Shown here piece after piece: positions 11,435 to 23,064 of a stretch of DNA of 46,927 bases. The notes below the pieces were generated by a model. It searched no databases, was not told the DNA's origin, and saw nothing but the letters and a program-made list of their open reading frames with translations. Numbering within the stretch: position 1 is the stretch's first letter; the number at the start of each line of letters is the position of its first letter. The position numbers and the translations under genes were made by a program. Source of the stretch: Chloroflexota bacterium (GTDB taxonomy: Bacteria > Chloroflexota > Limnocylindria > Limnocylindrales > CSP1-4); NCBI GenBank assembly GCA_043743315.1, contig JAYTWS010000176.1, forward strand, positions 1 to 46,927, read 5' to 3'.

Positions 11435-12250
11435 GTGCCCAAGGAACCGACGTTCAAGATCGAGCGAGCCCTGTGGAGCGCCGGGTTGGAGCGTGTCGTG
11501 GGCGTCGACGAAGTCGGCGTGGCGCCGACGTGCGGCGCGGTCGTTGCGGCCGCGGTGATCATTCGTCCGAACACCCGCCGGATCCCCGGCGTGCGCGATT
11601 CGAAGACCCTCTCGGCGGCACAGCGGGAGCGCCTGGCACCCGAGATCCGCCGGCGTGCCGTCGCCTTCGGGGTGGGTGCCGCGTCGGTGACCGAGATCGA
11701 TCGCCTGAACATCTATCACGCGACGCACCTGGCGATGCGCCGGGCCATCGCGCGCGTCGGTGGCCACGATCACGTGCTCGTTGACGGCAACCGGATCACC
11801 GGCTTCGAGACCCACGTGGGCCCCTATACCGCGATCGTGGATGGCGATGCGCTGTCCTATTCGATTGCCTGTGCCTCGGTCATCGCCAAAGTGATCCGGG
11901 ACCGGATGATGGCGCGCCTCGCCGTTCGGTACCCGGGGTACGGCTGGGAACGCAACCAGGGGTACGCGACGCTGGAGCACCGCCAGGCCATTCGGCGGCA
12001 GGGCCTGACGCCCTTTCATCGGCGCAGCTTCCTGGCGCTCCAGCGCACGCTGGCCGGCGACCAGCTGGCCATGGGCCTGCCGATCGGCGACGAAGCATCG
12101 ACCCGCATCGGGGTGCCGGTGATTGGCGGGCGTCCCAGGCCGGCGATCGATGTCCAGGACCTCGTGGACGACCTCGTCGAGAATCTGGAGCTGTCGCTGC
12201 CAGCGAACGACGAGGAGGGGTCGACGGCCGGCGACATCCTCGCGCGCTGA
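11435..12250 (+). CDS. rnhB: Ribonuclease HII (atypical motif I)
   Basis: GVDEVG, DSKTLS, VDG, DGDA, ASVIAKVIRD, NQGY, HRRSF; start GTG 11435 uncertain. Confidence 0.9.
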   Translation: MPKEPTFKIERALWSAGLERVVGVDEVGVAPTCGAVVAAAVIIRPNTRRIPGVRDSKTLSAAQRERLAPEIRRRAVAFGVGAASVTEIDRLNIYHATHLAMRRAIARVGGHDHVLVDGNRITGFETHVGPYTAIVDGDALSYSIACASVIAKVIRDRMMARLAVRYPGYGWERNQGYATLEHRQAIRRQGLTPFHRRSFLALQRTLAGDQLAMGLPIGDEASTRIGVPVIGGRPRPAIDVQDLVDDLVENLELSLPANDEEGSTAGDILAR

Positions 12251-12375
12251 CAGCCCATCGGGGAACGAGACGCAACGGATCGACTGCGCACGCCGGGGTC
12301 GCGTCCGGGCCCGGTGCGGATGGCGAGCGACCTCGAGATAAGCAGCAGTGCATTGGCGCCTGCGATCCTCCGGGC

Positions 12376-12768
12376 ATGCGAACCGAAGCACAGCGGATCG
12401 GCGACGCGGCCGAACAACTCGTGGTCGATCGACTTGTGGCCGGGGGGTGGCAGATCCTCGGTCGACAGGTCCGGGTGGGTCGTGCCGAACTCGACATCGT
12501 GGCACTCGATCTCGCGCCGCCACACCGTTTGGTGATCGTGGAAGTCAGGACCCGGGCGACGCGGACCTTCGGCATCGCCGAGGAGACCGTGGACGCGCGC
12601 AAGCGGACACGTCTCCGTCGGGCCGCCCAGGCCCTGCGCGAGCGAGGCGTGCTCGCCGATGGCACGGTGGTTCCGCCCCTCCCGTTGCGTCTGGACCTCG
12701 TCGTGGTCGAGCCAGGGGCCAATCCCGGTGATCCGGCGCGGGTCCGTCACCACGTCGCCGCCATCTAG
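12376..12768 (+). CDS. yraN: YraN/UPF0102 PD-(D/E)xK-fold protein
   Basis: GDAAE, ELDIVA, IVEVRTR, RLDLV; follows rnhB. Confidence 0.88.
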   Translation: MRTEAQRIGDAAEQLVVDRLVAGGWQILGRQVRVGRAELDIVALDLAPPHRLVIVEVRTRATRTFGIAEETVDARKRTRLRRAAQALRERGVLADGTVVPPLPLRLDLVVVEPGANPGDPARVRHHVAAI

Positions 12769-12841
12769 GGCGCAACCGCCCGGAAGTCGCCGACATCGAG
12801 GGTCCGGTCGTCCGTCCGAGGTCAGGCCGTCCCGAACCCTG

Positions 12842-12850
12842 TGCTACACT
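12842..12850 (+). promoter_or_regulatory. Extended -10 promoter element for rpsB operon
   Basis: TGcTACACT in context nearly identical to that of the rplS element. Confidence 0.65.
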
Positions 12851-12904
12851 CCGGCCCGCCGCGGAGGGTCCGTGGTGTTCATGCCCATCGCCGGCTGGCA
12901 ATGG

Positions 12905-13014
12905 AGCTCACACGCGGATCGTTCCGACCGGGACGGTGCCGAACAGCCTCGTTGGTTCGAGTCTGAGCGGCCCCCGGCGACGGGGTTCGCGGCGGAAACA
13001 ACCGGATCAGGAGG
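12905..13014 (+). promoter_or_regulatory. Putative rpsB (S2) autoregulatory leader RNA
   Basis: CACACGC (12909) ... GGTGC (12935) ... GCGGAAACAACC (12992-13003) then AGGAGG, the order of elements typical of S2 leaders. Confidence 0.6.
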
Positions 13015-13023
13015 TCACCAACC

Positions 13024-13968
13024 GTGCCGTCCGTTTCAATGCGGCAGCTGCTCGAAGCTGGCATCCACTTCGGGCATCAGACCCGTCGCTGGAATCCCAA
13101 GATGCGCCCGTTCATCTTCGCGGAGCGCAACGGGATTCACATCATCGACCTGGCCCAGACCGCACAGCGACTCGAGGTCGCCCTGGACTTCGTTCGAGAG
13201 ACGGTGGCTCGAGGCGAACCGATCCTGTTCATCGGCACGAAGAAGCAGGCCCAGGAGCCGATCGCCGAAGAAGCGACCCGGGCCGGCATGCCCTATATCA
13301 ACAAGCGTTGGCTCGGCGGCATGCTGACGAACTTCGTGACCATCAAGAAGCGGATCGGGCTCATGGAGCAGCTCGAGGCGCGACAGCAGTCCGGCGAGTT
13401 CGAGCACCTTCCGAAGAAGGAAGCCGCCAAGCTGACCGAGGAACTCACGAAGCTGACCGCCACCCTTGGTGGCATTCGCAAGATGAAGCGACTCCCGGGC
13501 GCGGTCTTCATCGTCGACCCGCATCGTGAGCGGATCGCCGTGACCGAGGCGAACAAGCTGGAGCTCCCGGTCGTCGGAACCGGCGACACGAATGTGGATC
13601 CGGACGAGATCGACTACATCATCCCTGCCAACGATGACGCGATCCGGGCCATTCGCCTGCTCTGCTCGCTGGTCGCCGACGCGGCAATCGAAGGCGCACG
13701 TGAACGGGCAGCCCGCGCGACCACGGAGCCCGAGCCCGAGCCAATGGCCGTCGAGCCCGAGTACGACGATGTCGGCGCCAGCGATGCCCTCGTCGCTGCC
13801 CTCGCAGGCGGCGCCGCCCTGAGCTTCGCCCCCGACGATGACGACGATCTACTCCCCGGTGCGCCGGTGGCCCCGGTCGTCGAAGAAGCCACGGCGACAC
13901 CCGAGGAGATCGCGGCCGAGCTGGCTCGCGAAGCCGCAGAGCGAGAAGCCGCCGCAACGGTTGGCTGA
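13024..13968 (+). CDS. rpsB: 30S ribosomal protein S2 with acidic C-terminal extension
   Basis: [34 protein letters not shown]. Confidence 0.98.
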   Translation: MPSVSMRQLLEAGIHFGHQTRRWNPKMRPFIFAERNGIHIIDLAQTAQRLEVALDFVRETVARGEPILFIGTKKQAQEPIAEEATRAGMPYINKRWLGGMLTNFVTIKKRIGLMEQLEARQQSGEFEHLPKKEAAKLTEELTKLTATLGGIRKMKRLPGAVFIVDPHRERIAVTEANKLELPVVGTGDTNVDPDEIDYIIPANDDAIRAIRLLCSLVADAAIEGARERAARATTEPEPEPMAVEPEYDDVGASDALVAALAGGAALSFAPDDDDDLLPGAPVAPVVEEATATPEEIAAELAREAAEREAAATVG

Positions 13969-14037
13969 CGCGTCCTCCGGAACGAAACCATGACGGGGCG
14001 TCAGACGCACCGTCTGCAACAGGAGCAACGAACGAAC

Positions 14038-14637
14038 ATGGCCACGATCAGCGCCGAGGCGGTGAAGGTCCTTCGCGAACGGACCGGAGCCGGTTTCATG
14101 GACTGCAAGCGCGTCCTCGAGGAAACGGATGGTGACGTCGATCGGGCGATCCTCCTGCTCCGCGAGCGTGGCCTCGCGGCCGCCGCCAAGAAGGCCGGAA
14201 GGGATGCCCGGGAAGGTCTCGTATCCAGCTACATCCACACGGGCGGCCGGGTCGGCGTGCTGATCGAGGTCAACTGCGAGACCGACTTCGTCGCGCGAAC
14301 CGACCAGTTCCAGAAGCTTGTCCGCGATCTCGCCGTCCAGGTGGCTGGGATGGCGCCGACATACGTCGATCTCGACGACATTCCCTCCGATGTCCTGGCC
14401 GGGAAGAAGGCCCAGTTCGCCGCGGATCCGTCCGCCGCGGCCAAGCCGGCCGAGATCCGCGAGAAGATCGTGGACGGCCAGGTCAAAAAGTGGCTCCGCG
14501 AAGTCACGCTCCTCGACCAGCCCTTCCGCGACGAGGACCGCCAGGTCCGGGACCTCGTGACCGAGCAGATCTCGACGATCGGGGAGAACATCCGGGTGCG
14601 TCGGTTCGTCCGATACGCGCTCGGGGAGGAACTGTGA
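14038..14637 (+). CDS. tsf: Elongation factor Ts (short form)
   Basis: ATG 14038 after AGGAG; [32 protein letters not shown]. Confidence 0.96.
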   Translation: MATISAEAVKVLRERTGAGFMDCKRVLEETDGDVDRAILLLRERGLAAAAKKAGRDAREGLVSSYIHTGGRVGVLIEVNCETDFVARTDQFQKLVRDLAVQVAGMAPTYVDLDDIPSDVLAGKKAQFAADPSAAAKPAEIREKIVDGQVKKWLREVTLLDQPFRDEDRQVRDLVTEQISTIGENIRVRRFVRYALGEEL

Positions 14638-15392
14638 CCGCTGCGCCTGACCAGGGACCTGCCCGCTACCGCCGGATCCTGCTCAAACTGTCCGGCGAGG
14701 CGCTTCTCGGCGCCCGAAGTTACGGCGTGGACCCGGCGGTCTGCGCGTTCATCGCCGGCCAGGTTGCCCGCGTCCACGCGTCCGGCGTACAGGTCGGGAT
14801 TGTCGTCGGTGGCGGCAACATCTTCCGAGGCATGGCCGCGTCAGCCAGCGGCATGGACCGCGCCACCGGCGACTACATCGGCATGCTGGCGACCGTGATG
14901 AACGGGCTCGCGCTCCAGGATGCCCTCGAGCGTGCTGGCGTCCCGACCCGCGTGATGAGCGCGATCGCGATGAACGAGATCGCCGAGCCGTACATCCGCC
15001 GCCGCGCGGTCCGGCATCTCGAGAAGGGGCGGGTGGCCATCTTCGTCGCTGGGACCGGCAATCCCTACTTCACAACCGATACGGCGGCCGCGTTGCGCGC
15101 GGTCGAGATCGGTGCCGAGATTCTGATGAAGGCCACCAAGGTGGACGGCGTGTACGAAGCCGACCCGATGACCCACCCTGATGCCCGGCGCTACGAGACC
15201 TTGGCCTACACCGACCTGCTGCGGGACCAGCTCAAGGTCATGGACGCCGCGGCGGTTGCACTGTGCATGGAGAATGATCTACCGATCATCGTCTTCGACC
15301 TGAACAAGCCGGACAACATCGCTCGGGTGGCGATGGGGGAGTTGGTCGGCACGCGGATCGCTGTCGAAGCCTCCGGAGGCACACGCTCATGA
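14634..15392 (+). CDS. pyrH: UMP kinase
   Basis: [29 protein letters not shown]; GTGA overlap with tsf. Confidence 0.97.
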   Translation: MTAAPDQGPARYRRILLKLSGEALLGARSYGVDPAVCAFIAGQVARVHASGVQVGIVVGGGNIFRGMAASASGMDRATGDYIGMLATVMNGLALQDALERAGVPTRVMSAIAMNEIAEPYIRRRAVRHLEKGRVAIFVAGTGNPYFTTDTAAALRAVEIGAEILMKATKVDGVYEADPMTHPDARRYETLAYTDLLRDQLKVMDAAAVALCMENDLPIIVFDLNKPDNIARVAMGELVGTRIAVEASGGTRS

Positions 15393-15946
15393 GCACAGAA
15401 ATCGTGACGACAGCCGATCAGCGCATGGGCCGCGCCATCGAGGCCATGGTGCGTGACTTCATGGGTCTGCGGACAGGACGCGCGTCGACCAGCCTCGTGG
15501 AGCGGATCCACGTGGACTACTACGGAACCGAGACGCCACTCAACCAGCTCGCCGGGATCAGCGTTCCGGAGGCCCACCAGATCGTCATCCAACCCTGGGA
15601 CCGGAGCGTGCTCGGCGCGATCGAGAAGGCCATCCTCAAGAGCGACATTGGGCTGATGCCGAACGTCGACGGGACCGTCGTCCGACTCAACATTCCGGTC
15701 CTCACCGAGGAGCGACGTCGCGATATCGTGAAGGTCGTTCATCGGCGCATGGAAGAGGCCAAGGTCGAGATTCGCAACCTTCGGCGCGATGCGGCCGACC
15801 AGCTCAAGAAGGTGGAGCGGGACGGCGAGGTCGGGTCCGACGATGCCCATCGGGTGCTCGAGGCGATCCAGAAGACGACGGACAGCCACATCGCGGAGGT
15901 CGATCGTCTCGGCGCGGCAAAGGAACAGGAAGTCCTGGAGGTCTAG
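15389..15946 (+). CDS. frr: Ribosome recycling factor
   Basis: RTGRAS, VDYYG, LTEERR, IRNLRR. Confidence 0.97.
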   Translation: MSTEIVTTADQRMGRAIEAMVRDFMGLRTGRASTSLVERIHVDYYGTETPLNQLAGISVPEAHQIVIQPWDRSVLGAIEKAILKSDIGLMPNVDGTVVRLNIPVLTEERRRDIVKVVHRRMEEAKVEIRNLRRDAADQLKKVERDGEVGSDDAHRVLEAIQKTTDSHIAEVDRLGAAKEQEVLEV

Positions 15947-16740
15947 TGGCTCGGGCACCTCTCGTCCGACCGACAGACGCGCCGCCGACCGCCCACCTCG
16001 CCGATCACGGTATCGGCCAGGCAGACCAGCCGGTGGATGCCGGCGGATCCAGCGACCCGGATCTGCCATACCACGTGGCGATCATCATGGATGGCAACCG
16101 ACGCTGGGCAAGGCAGCGGGGCCTCCATGAGCTCGAAGGGCACCCGGCCGGCGTGGAAGCCATTCGGGCGATCCTGCGCCACGCCCGCCGCAGGGGGATC
16201 CGGGCGCTCACCCTGTATGCCTTCAGCCGCGAGAACTGGGCGCGCGCCGACGACGAGGTGACCGCCTTGTTCGGCCTGCTGGAGGCCGCGATCCGGAACG
16301 AGACCGAGGAGCTCCGCGCACAGGGCGTCCGGGTCCGGATGATCGGCCGCATGGGCGAGTTGCCCGAGGAGACCCGCCTGTCGATCGAGGACGCGCTGGG
16401 CGCCACCTCGGCTGGCACCGAGATGCTCCTCACCATCGCCTTCAACTATGCGGGCCGAACCGAGCTGGTGGATGCGATCCGGACGATCGTCGCGTCGGGT
16501 ATCGGCGCCGGCGAGGTGGACGAGTCCGTCGTGGCGGGCGCGCTCTACACAGCCGGCACGCCCGACCCGGACCTGGTCATCCGGACCGGCGGGGAGCTGC
16601 GGCTGTCCAATTTCCTCATCTGGCAGACCGCCTACGCGGAATTGATCACCACGGAGACCCTGTGGCCCGATTTTGGGGCAGATGCGCTTGACGCGGCCCT
16701 CGCCGAATATGCCTCGCGTCACCGCCGATTCGGACGTTGA
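15946..16740 (+). CDS. uppS: Polyprenyl (undecaprenyl) diphosphate synthase
   Basis: [36 protein letters not shown]. Confidence 0.96.
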   Translation: MARAPLVRPTDAPPTAHLADHGIGQADQPVDAGGSSDPDLPYHVAIIMDGNRRWARQRGLHELEGHPAGVEAIRAILRHARRRGIRALTLYAFSRENWARADDEVTALFGLLEAAIRNETEELRAQGVRVRMIGRMGELPEETRLSIEDALGATSAGTEMLLTIAFNYAGRTELVDAIRTIVASGIGAGEVDESVVAGALYTAGTPDPDLVIRTGGELRLSNFLIWQTAYAELITTETLWPDFGADALDAALAEYASRHRRFGR

Positions 16741-16747
16741 TCGGGCG

Positions 16748-17578
16748 ATGCTGACCGAGCGCCTCCGGAGCACCGCAATCCTGGTCCCACCCCTGCTCGT
16801 TGTGCTCTGGTTCGGCGGGCCGTGGTTGATCGTCCTGACCGGGCTGGCCGTCGGGTTCGGGGCGCGCGAAGTGTTCCGGCTGCTCGAGGCCGCTGGTTAC
16901 GCCGCGTTTCCGGCGCTCGGGGTCGTGCTGGCCATCGTCATCGCCATCAGCGAACCCATCTCGGCGCTCCCGTCGGGCTCGGGCCTCCTGTTGGCGAGCG
17001 TCGGAGTCCTCTTCACCGGCGCCGCGTCGCTCACTCGGGAGGACCCTCGCGATGGGCTCGCCGCGTTCATGACAACGACGTTCGGCGCCCTATACATCGG
17101 GCTGCTCGGTTTCGTTCCACGCCTCGCCGACCAGGCGCCGGCCGTCCCACCCGGGGCGCTGCTCAACTGGCTTGGCGGCGACCGGGGCTGGGTCCTCGTG
17201 CTCGTATTCGGGGTCTGGGCGTTCGATTCCGGGGCGTATCTGGTCGGGCGGCGCTATGGCCGCCGACGGTTCATGGCGCACATTTCGCCATCCAAGACGA
17301 TCGAGGGTGTGGTTGGCGGTACTGCTGCGGTGACCCTCGTGTCGGTCCTGCTGGTCGGGGGGCTGGGACTCAACCCGCTCCATGGGTTGTTGCTGGGGCC
17401 GATCATTGCCGCGGCGGCGCAGGCCGGCGACCTCGTCGAATCGATGCTCAAGCGCGCCGCGGGCGCAAAGGACTCAGGCCGGCTCATCCCCGGCCACGGC
17501 GGCGTCCTCGATCGCCTGGATTCGTTCTTGTTCGCCGCGCCGGCCGTGCTCCTGTATGTCCTCGTCGCATTCCGCTGA
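16748..17578 (+). CDS. cdsA: Phosphatidate cytidylyltransferase
   Basis: Multi-TM; [38 protein letters not shown]. Confidence 0.96.
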   Translation: MLTERLRSTAILVPPLLVVLWFGGPWLIVLTGLAVGFGAREVFRLLEAAGYAAFPALGVVLAIVIAISEPISALPSGSGLLLASVGVLFTGAASLTREDPRDGLAAFMTTTFGALYIGLLGFVPRLADQAPAVPPGALLNWLGGDRGWVLVLVFGVWAFDSGAYLVGRRYGRRRFMAHISPSKTIEGVVGGTAAVTLVSVLLVGGLGLNPLHGLLLGPIIAAAAQAGDLVESMLKRAAGAKDSGRLIPGHGGVLDRLDSFLFAAPAVLLYVLVAFR

Positions 17579-17588
17579 TCCCGACCCG

Positions 17589-18812
17589 ATGAGCATGCCG
17601 TCGGCGCAACGACCGCGGATCCGCGTCGCGGTCCTCGGATCGACCGGATCGATCGGGCGGCAGACACTCGATGTCCTGGCCCGGAACCCACGCTTCGAGG
17701 TCGTCGGGCTCGCCGCGGGCCGGAATGTCGAACAGTTCGGAGATCAGCTGCGGCAGGTCCGCCCGTCGATCGCGATCGTCGCGGAAGACGCGGTCCGGGA
17801 CGGGCTTGGAACCATCCCGGACGGCACACGCCTTCAGTCCGGTGCCGCCGCCCTCGATGAGCTCGCGTCCCGGGCAGACCTCGACCTCCTGATCGTAGGG
17901 ACCGGCGGGATGGTCAGCCTGCGCCCGGTGATCGCGGCCCTGCGTGCCGGAACGCCGGTCGCGACGGCGAACAAGGAGACCCTCGTGGCCGGCGGCCACC
18001 TCGTGATGCCGATCGCCCGGGCGCAGGCGGCCGCTCGTTCCGCGGCATGGCCGGGCGATGCCCTCGGAACTCCGCTGGCGTGGGTCCGCCCGATCGATTC
18101 GGAACATTCCGCCATCTGGCAGTGTCTTGCCGGTGAGCAGCCGAGGTCGATCGCGCGCTTGATCCTGACCGCATCGGGTGGGCCGTTCCTCGATCTCCCG
18201 GCCGAAGAGCTGGCAACGGTCACGGTTGCCCAGGCTCTCCGCCACCCGACATGGGCGATGGGGGACAAGATCACGATCGACAGCGCCACCCTGGCCAACA
18301 AGGGTCTCGAGGTCATCGAGGCGCACTGGCTGTACGATGTCGGTTACGACATGATCGACGTCGTCATCCACCCCCAGTCGGTGGTGCATTCTGCCGTCCG
18401 GTTCGTCGACGGATCCGTGAAGGCCCAGCTGGGGACCCCCGACATGCGACTGCCCATCCAGTACGCGATCACCTACCCGGAGCGGGAAGCGTCCCCGGCG
18501 GCGGCGCCCGACCTGGCGGCCATCGGACGGCTCGACTTCCTTCCCCCGGACGAGGCGAGGTTTCCGGCCCTTCGAATTGCGCGCGACGCCGGCCGGTCCG
18601 GCCCGTGGGCCAGCGCGGCGCTGATCGCCGCGGACGATGTTGCGGTGGCGCGGTTCCTGGCCGGCAGCATCACTTTCTCCGATATTCCCCGCCTTCTGGA
18701 AACGGCGATCAACCGGTTCGGGTTGCAGTCCGGTCCGCCGCCCGGGCTCGATGACCTCGTCGCCGTCGATGGCGAGATCCGGGCCGCCTACGCACGAGGA
18801 GCCGTTGCTTGA
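17589..18812 (+). CDS. dxr: 1-deoxy-D-xylulose 5-phosphate reductoisomerase
   Basis: LGSTGSIG, ANKETLV, PIDSEH, HPTWAMG, NKGLE. Confidence 0.97.
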   Translation: MSMPSAQRPRIRVAVLGSTGSIGRQTLDVLARNPRFEVVGLAAGRNVEQFGDQLRQVRPSIAIVAEDAVRDGLGTIPDGTRLQSGAAALDELASRADLDLLIVGTGGMVSLRPVIAALRAGTPVATANKETLVAGGHLVMPIARAQAAARSAAWPGDALGTPLAWVRPIDSEHSAIWQCLAGEQPRSIARLILTASGGPFLDLPAEELATVTVAQALRHPTWAMGDKITIDSATLANKGLEVIEAHWLYDVGYDMIDVVIHPQSVVHSAVRFVDGSVKAQLGTPDMRLPIQYAITYPEREASPAAAPDLAAIGRLDFLPPDEARFPALRIARDAGRSGPWASAALIAADDVAVARFLAGSITFSDIPRLLETAINRFGLQSGPPPGLDDLVAVDGEIRAAYARGAVA

Positions 18813-19915
18813 TCGAGATCGGCCGCACGATCGTCACGATCGTCCTGTTCTTCGGGATCCTCGGGGCACTCGTCGTCATCCACGAGCTCGGCCACTTCAT
18901 CGTGGCCAAGCTCTTCCGGGTCCGGGTCCTCGAGTTCGGGATCGGGTTTCCACCTCGGGCGAAGGTGCTGCGCGACGTCGGCGAGACCGTCTACACGCTG
19001 AACTGGCTTCCCATCGGGGGCTTCGTCAAGCTCGAGGGGGAAGATGGTGACGACGCCGATGACCCGCGCTCGTTCGCGGCCCAGGGCCTGCCAAAGAAGA
19101 TCCTGATCCTTGTCGCCGGGGTTGTCATGAACGTCGCCCTCGCCGCGACGATCTTCACCGGGATCGCGCTCACCGGTGACCCCGCCATCGGGGTCTACGT
19201 GCCGTACGTCGAGCCCGGTTCGCCGGCCGAGTCCGCCGGAATCAAGGTGGGCGATGTCATCGAACGGGTGAATGGCGAGGCCTTCGGTGCATTCGGGCCG
19301 AGTTCCGTCCTCGCCGAGCTGCACGACAGTGCCGGCAAGACCGTGACCCTGTCCATCCGACGAGCCGACGCGGTCATCGACATCACTGCCACCCTGCGGA
19401 CCCCGGACCAGGTGCGGGAGGGCAAGGGCGCGCTCGGAATCGGCCAGCAGGTCACGCTGCCCCTCGAGCCGAGGTCGACACCCGACCGCATCCACTATCC
19501 GGTGGACACGGCGCTTAAGCTGGGTCTCCAGCGAACCGAATCGGCCATGCGCGTGATCATCGACGGTGTCGGCCAGCTTGCCGCAGCCATCGTCACACGG
19601 CCGACCGAGCCGCCACCGGCGTCCGGGCCGATCGGTATCGCCACGCAGATCGGGGACATCTTCTGGACGCTCGGGCCGATCGTGACCCTGTATCTAGCGG
19701 GGATCCTGTCGGCCAACCTGGCGATCGTGAACATTCTCCCGTTCCCGCCCCTCGATGGGGGCCGGATCATGCTCCTGCTGATCAAACGGGTCGCGGGCTC
19801 GAGACTGTCCCTCCGAGCGGAGCGCCTGACCTACGTCGTCGGGTTCGTGATGCTCATGGCCTTCCTGGTCTGGGTGACCGGGTTCGACATCGCGCGGGGC
19901 CTGGGCGGGGGATGA
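18809..19915 (+). CDS. rseP: RseP/RasP M50 intramembrane metalloprotease with PDZ domain
   Basis: [23 protein letters not shown]. Confidence 0.93.
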   Translation: MIEIGRTIVTIVLFFGILGALVVIHELGHFIVAKLFRVRVLEFGIGFPPRAKVLRDVGETVYTLNWLPIGGFVKLEGEDGDDADDPRSFAAQGLPKKILILVAGVVMNVALAATIFTGIALTGDPAIGVYVPYVEPGSPAESAGIKVGDVIERVNGEAFGAFGPSSVLAELHDSAGKTVTLSIRRADAVIDITATLRTPDQVREGKGALGIGQQVTLPLEPRSTPDRIHYPVDTALKLGLQRTESAMRVIIDGVGQLAAAIVTRPTEPPPASGPIGIATQIGDIFWTLGPIVTLYLAGILSANLAIVNILPFPPLDGGRIMLLLIKRVAGSRLSLRAERLTYVVGFVMLMAFLVWVTGFDIARGLGGG

Positions 19916-21162
19916 CCGCCCCGGACCGCCTGCGCCCGCGCCGCCGGCCGACCGTCACGGTCGATGTCGGTGGAGTGCTCGTCGGCAGCGCCCACCCGGT
20001 CGTCGTCCAGTCGATGACCAACACGGACACCGCCGACCCGGATGCCACCGCGATCCAGGTGGCCCGGCTTGCGCACGCCGGCAGCCAGCTCGTCCGGGTC
20101 ACGGTGAATACCGATGCAGCGGCGGCCGCCGTCCCGGAGATGCTCCGGAAGCTCGCCGATCTGGGCGTCTCGGTGCCCATCGTCGGGGACTTTCACTACA
20201 ACGGCCACAAGTTGCTCATCGACCATCCGGGGACAGCAGCCGGTCTCGCGAAGTACCGGATCAACCCTGGCAACGTTGGCGCCAAGCGGCATGATGAGCA
20301 CTTCCAGACGATCGTCCGCGTCGCCGTCGAGAACGACAAGCCGGTCCGGATCGGGGTGAACTGGGGCTCGCTGGACCAGCAGCTCCTGACCGACCTGATG
20401 GACAGGAATGCGCGCCGATCGGAACCGCGCGATGCCCGGGACGTGATGATCGATGCGATGATCGAGTCGGCCATGCGATCGGCCGAACTCGCCGAAGCGA
20501 CCGGCCTCCGTCACGATCAGATCATCATCTCGGCCAAGGTCTCCCGGGTCAGGGACCTCGTCGATGTCTACCGGATCCTCGCCGCACGCTCGGACTACCC
20601 GCTCCACCTCGGGTTGACCGAGGCAGGGCTCGGGATGAAGGGCATCGTGGCCTCGACGGCAGGCATCGCGATCCTCCTTGAGGAGGGCGTGGGTGACACG
20701 ATCCGCGTCTCGTTGACGCCGGCTCCGGGTGGCGAACGTGAGGAAGAGGTCCGGGTCGCCCAGCAGATCCTCCAGTCGATGGGGCTGCGCGCCTTCCTCC
20801 CCCAGGTGAGTGCATGTCCGGGCTGCGGGCGGACGACCTCGACGTTCTTCCAGGAGATGGCGGAGAAGATCCAGGGGCACCTTCGCGACCGGATGCCGGA
20901 GTGGCGGCCAGTCCACCCCGGCGTCGAGGAGATGACCGTTGCGGTCATGGGCTGCGTCGTGAATGGGCCGGGCGAGTCAAAACACGCCGACATCGGGATC
21001 AGCCTGCCCGGAACGTTCGAGGACCCGGTGGCGCCGGTCTTCATGGACGGGAAACTGGACCGGACGCTCCGTGGCGAAGGCCTCGTCGACGAGTTCATTG
21101 CGATCCTCGAGAACTATGTCGCGCGCCGCTATCCGGCGGTCGCAGACCCGGTCCAGGACTGA
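19912..21162 (+). CDS. ispG: HMBPP synthase IspG
   Basis: [37 protein letters not shown]. Confidence 0.97.
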   Translation: MTAPDRLRPRRRPTVTVDVGGVLVGSAHPVVVQSMTNTDTADPDATAIQVARLAHAGSQLVRVTVNTDAAAAAVPEMLRKLADLGVSVPIVGDFHYNGHKLLIDHPGTAAGLAKYRINPGNVGAKRHDEHFQTIVRVAVENDKPVRIGVNWGSLDQQLLTDLMDRNARRSEPRDARDVMIDAMIESAMRSAELAEATGLRHDQIIISAKVSRVRDLVDVYRILAARSDYPLHLGLTEAGLGMKGIVASTAGIAILLEEGVGDTIRVSLTPAPGGEREEEVRVAQQILQSMGLRAFLPQVSACPGCGRTTSTFFQEMAEKIQGHLRDRMPEWRPVHPGVEEMTVAVMGCVVNGPGESKHADIGISLPGTFEDPVAPVFMDGKLDRTLRGEGLVDEFIAILENYVARRYPAVADPVQD

Positions 21163-21192
21163 CCCTCGTTCGACGGTCCACCCATCCGCGTG

Positions 21193-21258
21193 TATACTCC
21201 GGGCCGGAATCGAATGGCCGCCTCCGAGGACGCGTGGGTGACCCCCACGTATTTTTTT
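21193..21258 (+). promoter_or_regulatory. nusA promoter -10 and leader attenuator
   Basis: TATACT at 21193; hairpin GCGTGGG-tgacc-CCCACGT (21232-21250) followed by A and 7 T. Confidence 0.7.
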
Positions 21259-21304
21259 CGGGTGACCGAACCGCAGACAGACTGTCAAGGAGGGCGATGC
21301 GACC

Positions 21305-22750
21305 ATGAGTCGAGATTTCATCGGTGCCCTCCTCCAGCTCAACGCCGAGAAGCAGGTCCCGCGCGAACAGCTGATCAAGACCGTCGAGGAGGCGATCGCG
21401 TCGGCCTACCGGCGGATCGCGAATGAAGAGGACATCCACGTCGAGATCGATGCCGACAGCGGCAAGATCCGTGTCTTCCGCGCCCGAACGGTCGCAGCGG
21501 AAGTCGAAGATCCCCTGACCGAGTTCACGCTCGACGAGGCTCGCGCCGTGAAGCCCACGGCCGAGATTGGCGAGTTGGTCGAGACCGAACAGTTGGATGG
21601 TGACGTCTTCGGCCGGATCGGTGCCCAGACCGCCAAACAGGTTGTCCTGCAGCGACTCCGGGAGGCGGAGCGGGACGTCGTGTATGACCAGTTCGCGAGC
21701 CGCGAGGGTGAGTTGATCACCGGGACCGTCAATCGGGTCGAGCCGCGGGCGATCATCCTCGACGTCGGCAAGGGCGTCGAAGGCATCCTCGCGACCACTG
21801 AACAGTCGCCCCTGGAGCATTACCGGATCGGGCAGAACGTCAAAGCGTTCGTGCTCGAGGTTCGCCGCCTGCCCAAGGGACCCGCGCTGTTCGTGACGCG
21901 GACCCATAAGGGCTTCCTCAAGCGCCTGTTCGAGCTCGAGGTTCCGGAGATCCACAGTGGGACCGTTGAGATCCGTGCGATCGCCCGCGAGGCCGGCAGC
22001 CGGAGCAAGGTCGCCGTCGGATCCCGTCAGGAGGGCCTGGACCCGGTCGGTGCCACGGTCGGGCAGCGAGGCTCGCGAGTCCAGGCCGTCGTCGCCGAGC
22101 TCGGCGGCGAGAAGATCGATGTCATCCCGTGGAATGACGATGCCGCGACGTTCGTCGCCAACGCCCTGTCGCCGGCCCAGGTGCTGTCGGTCGACATCGA
22201 CGTCGAGCACCGCATCGCGAACGTGACGGTGCCCGAGCGCATGCTCTCGCTGGCGATCGGCCGTGAAGGCCAGAATGCCCGTCTTGCGGCGCGCCTGACC
22301 GGGTGGCGAATCGACATCCGGAGCGATGTGTCGGTTGCCGAGGCCAAGGCCGCCGAGGACAGTGGCGTCGCCGAGGCGGCGGTCGTCCGCGAGCCATCGG
22401 TCGACGCGGTGACCGAGGTCACAGCCGTCGAGGCGCCAGCCGCGAAACCGAGCAAGACCAGGAAAGCGGCCACGAAGCCGGCTACGGCCGTCACCGCCGG
22501 CCAGCCCGCGGCCGATGCCGCCGCCGCAGCCGATGCGCCCGCGGAGGCTCCGGTCAAGAAGTCTCGCGCCCGAGTCACCAAGGCCGCCACGGCGGACGCC
22601 GCGGACCTCACGGACGCAGCGACACCGGGCGAGACGGCAGTCCCCATCGGCGACGCGTCCGTTGTGCTTGACATGTCCCCCGCGGAGGCACCCGTGAAGA
22701 AGACACGAGCACGAGCCAGGAAGATCGCCACCGAGGAGGTGGCGTCGTAG
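21305..22750 (+). CDS. nusA: Transcription factor NusA with Ala/Lys-rich C-terminal tail
   Basis: [41 protein letters not shown]. Confidence 0.97.
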   Translation: MSRDFIGALLQLNAEKQVPREQLIKTVEEAIASAYRRIANEEDIHVEIDADSGKIRVFRARTVAAEVEDPLTEFTLDEARAVKPTAEIGELVETEQLDGDVFGRIGAQTAKQVVLQRLREAERDVVYDQFASREGELITGTVNRVEPRAIILDVGKGVEGILATTEQSPLEHYRIGQNVKAFVLEVRRLPKGPALFVTRTHKGFLKRLFELEVPEIHSGTVEIRAIAREAGSRSKVAVGSRQEGLDPVGATVGQRGSRVQAVVAELGGEKIDVIPWNDDAATFVANALSPAQVLSVDIDVEHRIANVTVPERMLSLAIGREGQNARLAARLTGWRIDIRSDVSVAEAKAAEDSGVAEAAVVREPSVDAVTEVTAVEAPAAKPSKTRKAATKPATAVTAGQPAADAAAAADAPAEAPVKKSRARVTKAATADAADLTDAATPGETAVPIGDASVVLDMSPAEAPVKKTRARARKIATEEVAS

Positions 22751-22773
22751 GCGCGGGGGTTGCCACAGCCCCC

Positions 22774-23064
22774 ATGCGCAGGATTCCGACGCGATCGTGC
22801 GTCGCCTGTCGGACGTCTCGTCCGAAGCGTGAGTTGCTGCGCGTGGTTCGTGCCGCAGCCGGAGGCATCGTGGCCGATGAGTCCGGCAGGTTGAGTGGTC
22901 GGGGTGCCTACGTGTGCCGCGATCTGACCTGCATCACCAGTGCCTTGAATCGAGGCGCCCTGAGCCGGGCCCTCCAGACACCGGTCCCCGATGAGCTGCG
23001 TGAAGAGCTCCTTGCGAAGGGCCCGAACATGAACACCGAAGGAGGAGCCCATGGCCAGGAGTAG
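22774..23064 (+). CDS. ylxR: YlxR/RnpM (DUF448) RNA-binding protein
   Basis: [16 protein letters not shown]; between nusA and infB. Confidence 0.92.
   Translation: MRRIPTRSCVACRTSRPKRELLRVVRAAAGGIVADESGRLSGRGAYVCRDLTCITSALNRGALSRALQTPVPDELREELLAKGPNMNTEGGAHGQE

Noticed and set aside
9724-12250. Apparent long N-terminal extensions of TrmD and RnhB in the ORF track (also PyrH, Dxr, CinA)
   Set aside because: Artefacts of longest-ORF calling that overlap upstream genes; homology begins at downstream starts
14038-14637. EF-Ts seeming truncated at 199 aa
   Set aside because: The short EF-Ts form is established in several phyla
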